Part shown: piece after piece, positions 13,401-25,880 of the stretch
Position numbering within the stretch: the stretch's first letter is position 1
How the letters are laid out: every line of letters begins with the position of its first letter
Assembly: GCA_951406725.2 (NCBI GenBank)
Contig: OX597815.1
Span: forward strand, 6,696,001-6,760,000
Reading direction: 5' to 3'
Length of the DNA stretch: 64,000 nt
Origin: Octopus vulgaris
Lineage: Eukaryota
The notes under the pieces: generated by a model
Seen by the model: the letters and a program-made list of their open reading frames with translations, nothing else
The model's database searches: none
What the model was told of the DNA's origin: nothing
Made by a program: the position numbers and the translations under genes

Positions 13401-13419
13401 CCTGGGCCAATCTTATCTT

Positions 13420-13675
13420 AAGTTTCGTTTTTGGATTTGGTTTGCAAGATTCTTTATATGAGTTCGTGTGTTGAAGCATATTCTGTTGTGTCTGGGGAGA
13501 GTCATTTTCTTTTCGTGCCTATGACACACTCACCGGTAAAATTTCCACTTTTTTCTTATTTTCATTGTCCTAAAATTTTCGTTGCGTCTTGCAGCCTTTT
13601 CAATTTTACCAGTGAGTGTGTTACATTATAAGGCACAAAAAGAAAATGACTCTCCCCAGACACTACAGAATATCT
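13420..13675. repeat. Fold-back repeat family; second copy at 22826-22995
   Basis: Shared ~100-nt left end and internal inverted arms gtgtctggggagagtcatt / aatgactctccccagacac. Confidence 0.75.
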
Positions 13676-14110
13676 TAAGTTATTCAAGTTATATTGGAAA
13701 GTTTCAATCGTGACATTCTTTAACAAAGGATAGACTGGTATATAAAACTATTTTCCGCAGTTTAGGATAATGAAATTTCGAGTGGATGCATCCGATTTCT
13801 GGAGCAACAGGATTAAGGCATTACAGAAATTTTCGCTTAATATGCGCTGCTGAAATCGGGATGCAACTAATATGCCTTTGCGTCTTTTATGCCTTCGAAT
13901 ATTTCACCTCAGAATACTGTGTACCGCTATCATTCATGTCGCTATCATAGACATCTCATTCTGCAAAGTGGCTGGCAAGTAAGTAGACATTTGCAATAGT
14001 GAAGATATGTGTGGGGGAATGAAGGGAAAAAGCCATAGCTGAGAGGGAGTGAATCACCCCCATTGAAGCAGCCAGTACGTCGCCCAGGGGGTAGGACAAA
14101 CTGGAGAGTC

Positions 14111-14808
14111 GATCATGCAAAGCCTCAAATTGTGTAGGTCTTTACCTCAATGAGTCCAAGACTGAATATGTAAACAAGCGCCTGTCCAACAGTGATTTCA
14201 TCATCCATACTCTCAACAATACGCCCTTAAATATGGTTTCTGATTATAAATATCTTGGGTCATACATATCATCATCTGGAAAAGATTTTCTAACAAGAAA
14301 GGGTATGGCCTGGTCAGCATGTAATGACAAGCATAAGATCTGGTCATCAAATCTAAGTAGAGACTTCAAACTTGAAATCTTCAAAGCCACAGTCGAACCA
14401 ATTCTACTATATGGCTTAGAAACTTGGACGTTATCAAAGAAGCTTGAGAGGCGGTTGGATGGAACCTACACTCGCCTCCTTATGAGAGCTCAAAATCTCT
14501 CGTGGAAGCGCCATCCAACCAAAATGCAAATATATGGGAAACTACCACCTGTATCATCTCTTGTGAAAGGTAGAAGTGTCCAGTTTGCTGGACATTGTTG
14601 TAGAGCTGAAAACGAGGTAATTTCTACTCTTCTCCTCTGGAAGCCATCTGCTCGCGATACCAGAGGGTGCACACTCTCCTACCCTGATGTAATCTCCAGG
14701 GATACAGGCATCCAGCAACAGGGCCTCCGTAATGCTATGATGAACCGTGAAGTCTGGCGTAGCATGGTAAGTTCCATTGTCTTGACCACGGTCGAACAAT
14801 GATGATGA
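14111..14808 (+). mobile_element. 5'-truncated RTE/RTEX-like LINE, RT thumb to stop, with (GAT)n tail
   Basis: GLYLNESKTEY...YKYLGSYI...VEPILLYGLETWTL...QFAGHCCR. Candidate TSD AGAGTC at 14105-14110 and 14809-14814. Confidence 0.9.
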
Positions 14809-15758
14809 AGAGTCACATTCCAGTACGAATGGAGATAACCAAGTGTGACGCCGCAGTAGTCAAACGTGGAAGGGTCTACATCTGTTCAGATCGGAGACAG
14901 ACTAGGTGTGGGTGAACCCCACCTAATGCATGGTGCATGAAGTAGTTTACGCTTGGAATAACATATCAGTTGACGGAATGCCGCGACACATCTTGGACGA
15001 TCCGAGGGTGATTAGCTTCTCTGATGATGAAGGAAAGAAAGAGGTTATTCGAAAGCTCATCTTCTTAGCGTAACGTCACTTCCTCTCACTTTTCGCCCCG
15101 TCGTCCCTCTTGCCCCTTTGCTTCTGGTCCTGACGTCTCCCTTCATTCATCCACAATATGTTAAAGACTTTATCACTCTAGCATTGGTATCTCAAAAATA
15201 AAAATGCGCCTAGAACATTCGGCAATGTGTGCAATTGCGAGGAGAATTGTTTAGTCTTGTAGGGGACCGAATGCCTCTCTAGTGCTGGTGTCACAAAAAA
15301 CAAGCATCTAATACTCTCTGTATATATATATAGGCGCAGGTAAGAAGTTTGTGTGGGAAGAAGTTTGCTCCCCAACCATGCGGTTCCGGGTTTAGTCCAA
15401 CTGCGTGGCACCTTGGGCAATTGTCTTCTACTATAGCCTCACTATAGGCTCACGAAAACCTTGTGAGTGGATTTGGTAAACGGCAACTGAAAGAAGCCCG
15501 TCATGTGCGTGTGTGTTTGTCCTCCCCAAACATCGCTTGACAACCGATGCTGATGTGTTTACGCCCCGTCACTTAGCGGTTCGGCAAAAGATACCGATAG
15601 AATAAGTACTAGGCTTACAAAGAATAAGTCCTAGCGTCGGTTTGCTCGACTAAAAATGATGCTCCAGCATGGCCACAGTCGAATGACTGAAACAAATAAA
15701 AGAATATATATATGTGTGTGTACCGATTAGTTCTTCGTTGCAGTCGAGGGTCACCAGT

Positions 15759-16446
15759 TGTAACGGTTGTTGTTGAGGTCTTGCTTGCCAATATGCAAGA
15801 TGGATGAACCGCAATCGAAGTTGTAAATAAATGTTTATTTATCGTTACATTGTATATATTCAAAACCACGACGGGTTGGTAAGTATGATTAGTAAATGGA
15901 AAAGCATGCGAGATAAAAAGAGTTCATTTCGGCCGGGGTGTGTACACGATCTCAGAGTAGTTTATAGAGAGAGATATGGTAATGTTACAGAGAAAAGCAA
16001 GTGAGTTAGTAAAAGTGAGAGTGGTGGGACGAAACAACTGCTTCGTTGGTGAGTTACCAAAGTTGTCCCTTTGTACCTTTTCCTTTAGTGACGGTGTTTT
16101 GTTCAGCCGGTCAGCCAGACTCAGTTCTCACTAACTGACTTAGGCTTACGGAGTTCTTGTTTTTATAACTACCCAAAACCAGCCTAGAAGGATAGACATA
16201 TTGTTGAGAACAATAGATTTCGTTGACGGTCTGTTATCTCTATTATAGCTTTTGGTGGCCTAGAAGAGGTTAGAAGGGTCAAGTGGCAAAGGCATTATTC
16301 AGTTTAGCAAAGGCATCTGGTAAATGTAACTGCTGTCACTCACAGAAAAACTATTGTTTTACCGCGAGAAAATCGCTGTTGAACTGTTAATTGAAATTTG
16401 GCTATCGCGGATTGAATCCACACCAAAGCTGCATGAAGCTACTACA
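15759..16446 (-). mobile_element. LTR of a Gypsy-like retrotransposon (688 bp)
   Basis: Minus strand runs TGTAG...TTACA with TATAAAA (about 16161) and AATAAA (about 15835). PPT GGAGGGGGAATGA is directly upstream and PBS TGGTGACCCTCGAC directly downstream. Confidence 0.75.
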
Positions 16447-17062
16447 TCATTCCCCCTCCAGAGAGGTTCCGAGAAAAGGAAACTAACGATCAACGAAGAG
16501 AAAGAAATGCATGACCGAAGAAAAATTTTGCATATGAGGAGAGAGGACCATTGAAGTGTATACAGGACAGATATTTATTCAAGTGAGTCTGAATAGCAGT
16601 GTCGTCGCTTTGCGTGCCAAAATGTGTGCAGTCAGTGACTGGGGGGCAGTACGGCAAATGAGCTGGTGCATGCGTACGCGTGAGGGCGTATACACGAATG
16701 CAGGTGCGCGTATCAAAATTCACTGTAAAATGAGCTCAGGTGATCGAGTGAGTGTATTCTAAATCCATGATATCGAAGATCTTCCTGCAGGATTGCAGTG
16801 TATGAAATGCGTTGGAGGTTTTTCAGAAGTGAAATGTGTCTGGCGTTTTAAATTGATGTAATGAAATGATTGCATTGTTCAATTAAATGGAGTCGCATGA
16901 AACGATCGTACTGCATTACCTCTGGATATTCCTGTTGCGTATTTTGATTTAAATCACCTTATTTTGAAAATGTATGGATAATACCGTACTAAATTCTGGT
17001 GCCTCAACTTAAGTACCATATTCATCTGAATATAAATTTTTACTGAACTCATGTACCATACC

Positions 17063-17123
<61 letters not shown>

Positions 17124-17381
17124 CATTTTCGTTTGTCGTTACGTTGTGAGTTCAAATTCCGCCGAGGTCGACTTTGCCTTTCATCTTTTCGAGGTCGATA
17201 AATAAAGTACCAGTTTCGCACTGGGGTCGATGTAATCGACTTAATCCCTTTGCCTGTCCTTGTTTGTCCCCTCTATGTTTAGCTCCTTGTGGGCAATAAA
17301 GAAATATATATATTATTATTATTATTATTATTGCCTTGTGTTGATTTATTTTAGCCCTTGTGGTCAATAAAAGAATTTATT

Positions 17382-17510
17382 GATCTTTTCGGTTTGAACG
17401 GCAGTTTGTAACATAATTTCTAGGTAACTAAAAAATTTTAAACTTCGTATACTGGTTGAATGTGTTTATAAAACATTATTTTCTCTTGGTTCGTTCAAAC
17501 CGAAAAGATC
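17382..17510. mobile_element. MITE with 19-bp TIR; partial copy at 21579-21612
   Basis: GATCTTTTCGGTTTGAACG ... CGTTCAAACCGAAAAGATC. Confidence 0.75.
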
Positions 17511-17524
17511 CGAAATTATTATTA

Positions 17525-17994
17525 TCTTTATATATAAAAGTGAAGTTGTGTGAGTGTCTGTCTCCTAGGATTTAGATTCCTAACTACTCCCACATTTTGC
17601 GGTGCAGTTTAACCAAAACCGGGTATCTTATAGTCGTGATTCTACGATGAGTCTACGATTAAAAAAAAAATTACCATCATTTTTTTTCCATTTTAATGCA
17701 TTTTTTCGCTATTATATAAGGGAAGTAACTCTCTAAAAATGTCTACGACGAGTCAACGATTTAAAAAAAAATTTACCATAATTTTTTTCCATTTTAATGC
17801 ATTTTTTCGCTATTATATAAGGGAAGTAACTCTCTAAAAATATCTACGATGAGTCAACGATTTAAAAAAAATTTACCATCATTTTTTTCCCATTTTTAAT
17901 GCATTTTTTTGCTATTTTTTGGCTATAACTCTCTAAAAATGCTCATATAGTTATTTCCCTTATAAACCCGAGCAACGCCGGGCGATACTGCTAG
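17525..17994 (+). mobile_element. Non-autonomous Helitron with internal ~105-bp tandem duplication
   Basis: A|TC 5' end, subterminal hairpin CCCGAGCAACGCCGGG, CTAG|T 3' end, no TSD. Confidence 0.85.
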
Positions 17995-18227
17995 TTATTA
18001 ATATTATTACTATGCAGCAGTTAGAGTGACTCAAAGCCTAAGAGTTTCGTGCGTTTACATTTATCGAACTTGTGAGTGGTAATACACGAAACTCTCGGCC
18101 GTTGAACCACTCTTTAACTTGCGCGCATTAACAATGCGGTCGTGTGTGAGGAAAAAGCATTGATCGCAGAATGAAAGACAACACAGGAAGGAGAAGAGGA
18201 ATTATTTCTCAGAAAAATAAATGCATA

Positions 18228-18389
18228 GGCGCAGGAGTTGCTGTGTGGTAAGTAGCTTGCTAACCAACCACATGGTTCCGGGTTCAGTCCCACTGCGTGG
18301 CACCTTGGGCAAGTGTCTTCTGTTATAGCCCCGGGCCGACCAATGCCTTGTGAGTGGATTTGGTAGACGGAAACTGAAAGAAGCCTGTC

Positions 18390-18462
<73 letters not shown>

Positions 18463-18660
18463 TTCCCCTAGCATTGCTTGACAACCGATGCTGGTGTGTT
18501 TACGTCCCCGTCACCTAGCGGTTCGGCAAAAAGAGACCGATAGAATAAGTACTGGGCTTACAAAGAATAAGTCCCGGGGTCGATTTGCTCGACTAAAAAA
18601 GGCGGTGCTCCAGCATGACCGCAGTCAAATGACTGAAACTAGTAAAAGAGTAAAAGAGAG
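18228..18660 (+). mobile_element. tRNA-derived SINE family A, full length, with internal (TA)n(TG)n (other copies: 2071-2400+, 2440-2814-, 5296-5705-, 15332-15705+, 24995-25390+, 30264-30665+, 34654-35148+, 40941-41317-, 42112-42503-, 42872-43223-)
   Basis: A box TGGCTGTGTGG, B box GGTTCAGTCCC, CORE-like ACCTTGGGCAAGTG, tail (GAGTAAAA)n. At least 13 similar copies. Confidence 0.9.
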
Positions 18661-18984
18661 AGCATAAGAAAAAAAGAGGGAGAGAGAGAGAGAGAGGGAG
18701 AGAGAGAGAATGGATTTTACTGAATTTCTCAATAAAATGAAATCAGATGAGAAATTGCGACAATAACAAACAACCTGTTAAATGTAGGAGTTAAAAAGCA
18801 AATAAATAGAAATAAATGTTGCGAAAATTGCAGCTGATTCCCTTCCCTGATGTGGTTAAGAAATAAGTTTAATTAAAATAGGTCAGTTACTCAATATTGT
18901 GTCAGTCACCCATTGAAACTATTTTAAGCGTTAGATGAGAGCGCGGGAACATTTGAATGAGGACGCGCGCACTAATCGTCCTCC

Positions 18985-19287
18985 CCTTCTCTCTTTATGC
19001 CTTTCTTTCTCTATTCCCCTCTCCGTCACTTTATCTCTCTCTCTCTCTTCCTTTACCCACTCACTTTATCCATCCCTCTCTAGTTCTCTCTCTGTACCTC
19101 CGTCTCCCTCTCACTATTTTTCTTTCTCTCTCTGTACCTCCGTCTCCCTCATTTTCCTTTCTCTCTCTGTACCTCCGTCTCCCTTTCACTATTTTTTTTC
19201 TCTCTCTCTCTCTCTCTGTACCTCCGTCTCTTTCTCACTATTTTTTTTCTCTCTCTCTCTGTATCTTCGTCTCTTTCTCACTATTTT

Positions 19288-19326
<39 letters not shown>

Positions 19327-20030
19327 CTTCGTCTCTTTCTCACTATTTTTCTTTCTCTCTCTGTACCTCCGTCTCTTTCTCACTATTTTTCTTTCTCTCT
19401 CTCTGTCTCTCTCCGTCTCCCTCTCACTATTTTTCTTTCTCTCTCTCTGTATCTCAGTCTCCCTCTCACAATTTTTCTTTCTCTCTCTGTATCTTCGTCT
19501 CTTTCTCACTATTTTTCTTTCTCTCTCATCTCGCTCTCTATCTTTTATTCACTCATTACCCCCTCCTGCTCTTAGTATTTTTCTCTCTACCTCCGTCTCT
19601 ATTTTTCTCGTCCATCCTTATCTTTCCCTCCCTCCCTCTCTCTACTCCTCTTTTCACTTTTATTCCTTTTTTCTCTTCCCCTCTTTTTGTCTCTTTCTCT
19701 TTCTCCTCTTTCTCTGTCTCATTATCTAACTTCCTCTCTCTCTCTTTACTCCTCTCTGTAGCCCTCTTTCTCAGCACCCCACTCTCTATTTCTCTCTTTC
19801 TATCCTTCTCTTTCCCTCCCTCTCTCTACTCCTCTTTTCACTTTTATTCCTTTTTTCTCTTCCCCTCCTTTTGTCTCTTTCTCTTTCTCCTCTTCCTCTG
19901 TCTCATTATCTAACTTCCTCTCTCTCTCTTTACTCCTCTCTGTAGCCCTCTTTCTCTACACCCCACTCTCTATTTCTCTCTTTCTATCCCACTTTCCTTT
20001 CTCTCTTACTCTATCCCTCTCTCTTACACA
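18985..20030. repeat. CT-rich polypyrimidine tract with higher-order repeats
   Basis: Direct reading. A ~190-bp duplication spans about 19625-19990. Confidence 0.95.
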
Positions 20031-21332
20031 CGCACTCACACACAGATACACCCACATACACACGCACACACACACATAACGTAAATATAACCGACCTTAA
20101 CCCACATCCGACCGTCTTCGAGCCAACGATGGAGCGAGCCTCCACGTGGTTACTCGCTTGCTAGAAATAGCAGCTGATTCTCCCTCAAAGCATAAACCTA
20201 CCGTCTTAAAAGGAGATAACATATGAATACTAAAACTTGAAAAAAAAGTCGGAGTGGTCATGGCTGGAACGCATAGGATTGTGCCTGTTCCATCGGGGTT
20301 GATACAGAGTTAGAACTAGCATTATTGCAATGTAGAATTCTGTGCGTGGAAACAAGAAAAATGGGATGGTCACAGCTGGATTAGCCTTGATTTTGAAGTC
20401 TGTACAATCAAGGTCAGCTGAGGGTTAAAACGCGACAGCACACACACACACAAACATACGAACACTCACATACGCATGCATACACAAAACCATACGCTCA
20501 CACACAACATACACACACTCACACAAACATAGAACACATACACACACACACCTGCGCATAGACACACACTCTCACGCGCGCGCACATATATACAAAAGCA
20601 TAACCTCATACACATACACACACACTGGCTTTCTCTCTCTTTTTTCTTTCTCTTTCTTTCTTTCTCTCTCTCTCTTTCTTTCTCTCTCTGTCTTTCTTTT
20701 CTCTCTCGTTTTCTCTCTCTCTTTTTCTCTCCCTCTCTCTTTTTCTCTCCCCCTCTCTCTCTCTCTTATTACACACATGCACATACACCACATTCACACA
20801 TACGCACACACTGGCTTTCTCTTTCTCTCTCTTGCTCTCTCTCTCTTTTTCTCTTTCTCTCTCTTTCTTACTCTTTCTCTCTCTCTTTTTCTCTCTGTCT
20901 TTTTTTCTCTCTCTCTCTCTCCCTCTCCCCCCCTCTCTCTCTCACACACACATACACCACGTTCTCACACACGCAAAGAAAAGCATGGTTTGACTTCCGA
21001 TTTCAAATTGTTTACAAATCTATAACTTTTTTTCTTTTTGATGATGGTGGTGGTGGCGGTGGTATGTTTGTAAGCATGCAATTAGTGTATGCCTGCGTGT
21101 ATGTGTATGTGTGTCTACAAAACACCACACACACATAAAAGTAGCTGATTAAACAGGGTTTTAGAATTGCATATTTACTTTTTTTTTTCTGATTTTTAAT
21201 AAATTTCCATTTTAGATTTAATTGCTACTTCAAAGTTTTTACTTTTAAAATTAAAAGTCTTTTATTATCAAATTATATTATCGACTACGCTAGATTAGAA
21301 CCGGGTCACAGGAAACCCAAACATTAAAATAC

Positions 21333-21397
<65 letters not shown>

Positions 21398-21486
21398 CAT
21401 ACATACATACATACATACATACATACATACATACATACATACATACATACATACATACATACATACATACATACATACATACATAC

Positions 21487-21524
<38 letters not shown>

Positions 21525-21681
21525 TCAGATTAATATGGTACGAACGTTGAGGCACTAGAATTTAATAAGGGGATCTTTGGATCTTTTCGGTTTGAACGGC
21601 AGTTTTTAACATAATAAGGTATTATCCATACAATTTCAAAGTAAGGTGATTAAAATCAAAATAAGCAACAAGGATATCCAG

Positions 21682-21737
<56 letters not shown>

Positions 21738-21768
21738 CATACATACATGCACACACATACACACACAA

Positions 21769-21800
<32 letters not shown>

Positions 21801-22163
21801 TTTTGTACACGCACACTCATACACGCATGCATAGACACTCACTCACAGAAACATAGAAAACATACAGACACATTTCTGCGCATAAATACACACTCTCACA
21901 CCCAAAACAAAAGCATATTTTCATGCACCTACACACACATACGCACACACTGGCTTTCCTTCTCATTTCCACACACACACACACACACACGCACCCAGCG
22001 CAGAGCATTAAACGGCCACACCGAGGGGTATCAAGTTCACACCGTGAAGAGACTGCACCGTTTCTATAACAGGGCTGCAAGTGCAGCGATTACTAATCGG
22101 TGCAAATGAAACATGTGTTGGTCTTTAAAGGCAGAGTATAATTATAGAATTAAAGGTAATGCA

Positions 22164-22215
<52 letters not shown>

Positions 22216-22508
22216 GGTACAGAAGTATTTTTTGATATATTAGCGATATAGGTACTCATGTAGTACCTTTGTGTATATATATGTACATATCTGATATGTA
22301 TGTATATATTTTATTAATTTGCCTGTACGGCTGGTAATTCGCTTACCACTTGTGTATATATTTTAATAATTATCTTTATATTTATTTATGTATATATATA
22401 TATATATAATTTATAAATGTAGGGTGAAAAATTTGATATTAATTTAATAATACCATCAATTTAACACCAAGTGGCTTAGCACATAAAACTAGAGGATATA
22501 AATTTATG

Positions 22509-22539
<31 letters not shown>

Positions 22540-22994
22540 TCCTTATATATATATACACATACATACATACATACATACACACACATACATACATACATGC
22601 ATGCATACATACATACATATATACACACACAGACGAAAGATTGCTATATATATGTGTGTGTGTGTAAGTCGCGGAAAATGCATCTATATGGGGTGGAGGT
22701 AAAGAATATGCACACCACCCGATTTCGGTGCAACCCTAACCCTGAACACCGACTGTGCATATTCTTTACTTTAGCCGCTTTATGATACAAGATGCGTCTT
22801 GTTCAGTTCGGAAAACAGATATATATATTTCGTTTTGGGATTTGGTTTGCAAGATTCTTTATGTGAACTCGTGTGTTGAAGCATATTCTGTTGTGTCTGG
22901 GGAGAGTCATTCTCTTTTAGTGCCTTATAATTTTATCGGTAAGTGTCTTAAATTATAAGGCACAAAAAGAAAATGACTCTCCCCAGACACAACA

Positions 22995-23056
<62 letters not shown>

Positions 23057-23059
23057 TGC

Positions 23060-23455
23060 AGCTGAGATACCAGTGCCGGTGGCACATAAGAGAATCATCT
23101 GAACGTGGCCGTTGCCAGCGCTGCCCCGACTGGTCTCATGCCGGTGGCACGTAAAAAGCACCATCCGTTCGTGGCCGTTGCCAGCCTCGCCTGGCCCCCG
23201 TGCCGGTGGCACGTAAAAAGCACCATCCGTTCGTGGCCGTTGCCAGCCTCGCCTGGCACCTGTGCCGGTGGCATGTAAAAAGCACCCACTACACTCACGG
23301 AGTGGTTAGCGTTAGGAAGGGCATCCAGCCATAGAAACACTGCCAGATCAGACTGGGCCTGGTGCAGCCTTCTGGCTTCCCAGACCCCAGTTGAACCATC
23401 CAACCCATGCTAGCATGGAAAGCGGACGTTAAATGATGATGATGATGATGATGAT
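23060..23455 (+). mobile_element. RTE 3'UTR tail copy (representative; others near 1-190, 330-545, 3283-3406, 26380-26635, 27310-27572, 31878-32170, 44715-44940, 45148-45365, 45645-45895, 46915-47150, 48620-48920, 56358-56680, 59390-59643, 60418-60860, 63395-63582)
   Basis: Variable 5' truncation with a common 3' end GGACGTTAAA(C/T)GATGATG. Confidence 0.85.
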
Positions 23456-23713
23456 ATATACTTTCTAATTTTGGCACAAGGCTAGCAGTGTTGAGCGGAG
23501 GAAACAAGTCGATTATTTCGTTCGAGTGCTTGTACTTATTTCATCGACCCCGAAAGGATGAAAGGCAAAGCTGAACTGAGCGGAATTTGAACACCGAAAA
23601 AGAGCCATAAGAAATGCCATTATGCCTTTTGTTCGACGCACCAATGCAATATCATACTATCTTATTATCCACAGTGGCTGATACGATGATGTAATTTTGT
23701 ATTTTAATAATAA

Positions 23714-24087
23714 CTAGCAGTATCGCCCGGCGTTGCTCGGGTTTGTAAGGGAAATAACTATAAAGCATTTTTAGAGAGTTATAGCCAAAAAATGGAAAAA
23801 GAAATTATGGTAAATTTTTTTGAGAGTTAAAAAGGTCGAGTTGCGTCCCCTAGACAGTCTGTGGTTTGTGTTTCTGATTCTCGACCCCCATGTCGAATTT
23901 ATCGATTTTTTTCAGAACTGGGGGAACTTTTCAAAATTTTCGCTGCGTTAGTTTTGAATTATGACATTGGGCTATGTGTATGTCAAGTTTCATCAGAATC
24001 GGTTGAAAGCCGTGGTCAGGGTGAGGGTACAAAAAAACAGACACACAGAAACACGCACAGACAAACTGCCGTTTATATATAGAGAGA
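23714..24087 (-). mobile_element. Non-autonomous Helitron (same 3' end, different 5' half)
   Basis: Same CTAG/hairpin terminus as 17525-17994 and a TC start on the minus strand. Confidence 0.75.
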
Positions 24088-24140
24088 TATTATTCCCGCT
24101 CTGTTTACCAGAATATGAACGCCTGATTTATCTGACTCAG

Positions 24141-24187
<47 letters not shown>

Positions 24188-24919
24188 AATTGAGATAGGG
24201 GTTGTAAATGCAACCCTCCATGGGATAACATATATCCAGTATACTGCTAGTGAAGTACCCAACAAAGTTAATATATAAATGTTAAGGATTGCGATGCAAT
24301 CAATTCATTTACTGTATTATATGGGCAAAGGTAAAATGATTTACCACAAATTACTAATACAAGATAAGAAAATGGAGAAATACATCTAAATCAAATATCA
24401 ATTACCAGATAATACTCAATCACATACTTTATTAAACCACCACATAAGAGACTGTAGGGTTAAACATAAAAAAGCAGAACAAATCAGTGTACGTAAAGGA
24501 ATGTACATACAAAAGTGTACATAAAAGAGTAATGTTGTATAATAAGTAGAATATATATAAAAAGGAGAATATAAATATAAGTAAATATAAATATATATAT
24601 ATATAATACGTGTATACTTAACTGGCGTAATCTTCATTTTGGGCTACTTTCCAATTTAACCCTCTATTTTTCGAAAATTCTGTGCTACTCATTATGAAAA
24701 TGATACACAAACCCCGTGTCTGAATATATATATATATAGGACGTTAAACGATGATGATGATATATATATATATATATATATACTCATACACCCACATACG
24801 TGCACATGTTTTCTGAAATAAACGTACACTTCATGGCTCCAAGGAAGCTTATAGGATGTTGTTGCACATGCATTCAGCTCTGAGTCTTACTGCATCTTAT
24901 AGTAGCAACAGGTGTAAGC

Positions 24920-25880
24920 TACGTGATGGGGTGCGGAAAAGTTCCTGGCTTTTGGGTAAAAAATACAGGAGGATCGTGATTTTATTCAACATATAGGCAT
25001 AGGAGTGGCTGTGTAGTAAGTAGCTTGCTTACCAACCACATGGTTCTGGGTTCAGTCTCACTGCGTGGCATCTTGGACAAGTGTCTTCTACTATAGCCTC
25101 GAGCCGACCAAAGCCTTGTGAGTGGATTTGGTAGACGGAAACTGAAAGAAGCCTGTCATATATATGTGTATGTGTGTGTGTGTGTGTTTGTATGTCTGTC
25201 CCCCAGGCATTGCTTGACATCAATGCTGGTGTATTTACGTCCCTGTAACTTAGCAATTCGGCATAAGAGACCGATAGAATAAGTACTAGGCTTACAAAGA
25301 ATAAGTCCTGGGGTCGATTTACTCGACTAAAGGCAGTGCTCCAGCATGGCCGCAGTCAAATGACTGTAACAAGTAAAAGAGTAAAGAGTGAGTATATTCC
25401 AATCTCGGATTCTCACACCTATTCCAGCAGTCCTTCAGTTTTTGTAAGCCCTGTTAAGAGAATTCAAAAGGTTGGGGCCCCCAACCAGTCCTCTGTAGCA
25501 GCAATCACTTCCATATATTAATATGGTAAAATTTCCATTCCTTGACATGTTTATGTTTCTTCCAGTTGTGGAAAGAGGTGATAGTCAGAGGGGGCCAAGT
25601 CAGGAGAGTAAGGTGGGTGGTCTACTAACTCAAGGCCAATGTCACGTATTTTTCAGAGTTTCAAGTGCTGGGGCATTGTCCTGCAAAAACAGGACACCAC
25701 AGCTCAGCTTTCCATGGCGTTTCAGCCACAAAGCTTCATACAGTTCCTGCAACAGAGACGTGTAATATTCAGCATTGATGGTGCAACTCTTTGACAGGTA
25801 TTTTGAGGAGTGCTTCATCATTTTCCCACCATACTGAAGCCAGAATCTTTCCAGCCGACTTCTGTGTCCAAAACTTCTTT
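24920..25880 (-). mobile_element. Degenerate mariner transposon remnant, interrupted by a SINE at 24995-25390
   Basis: Minus strand encodes LFLQDNAP (about 25670-25692) and HPPYSPDLAPSDY (about 25580-25620). A mariner-like TIR lies near 24920. Confidence 0.85.

Noticed and set aside
15021-15062. CTGATGA...GAAA possible hammerhead
   Set aside because: No stem I pairing between the flanks and a poor stem II.
23060-23300. RTE-tail units as a repeat-spacer array
   Set aside because: The intervening segments are homologous to each other and the array belongs to a LINE 3'UTR.
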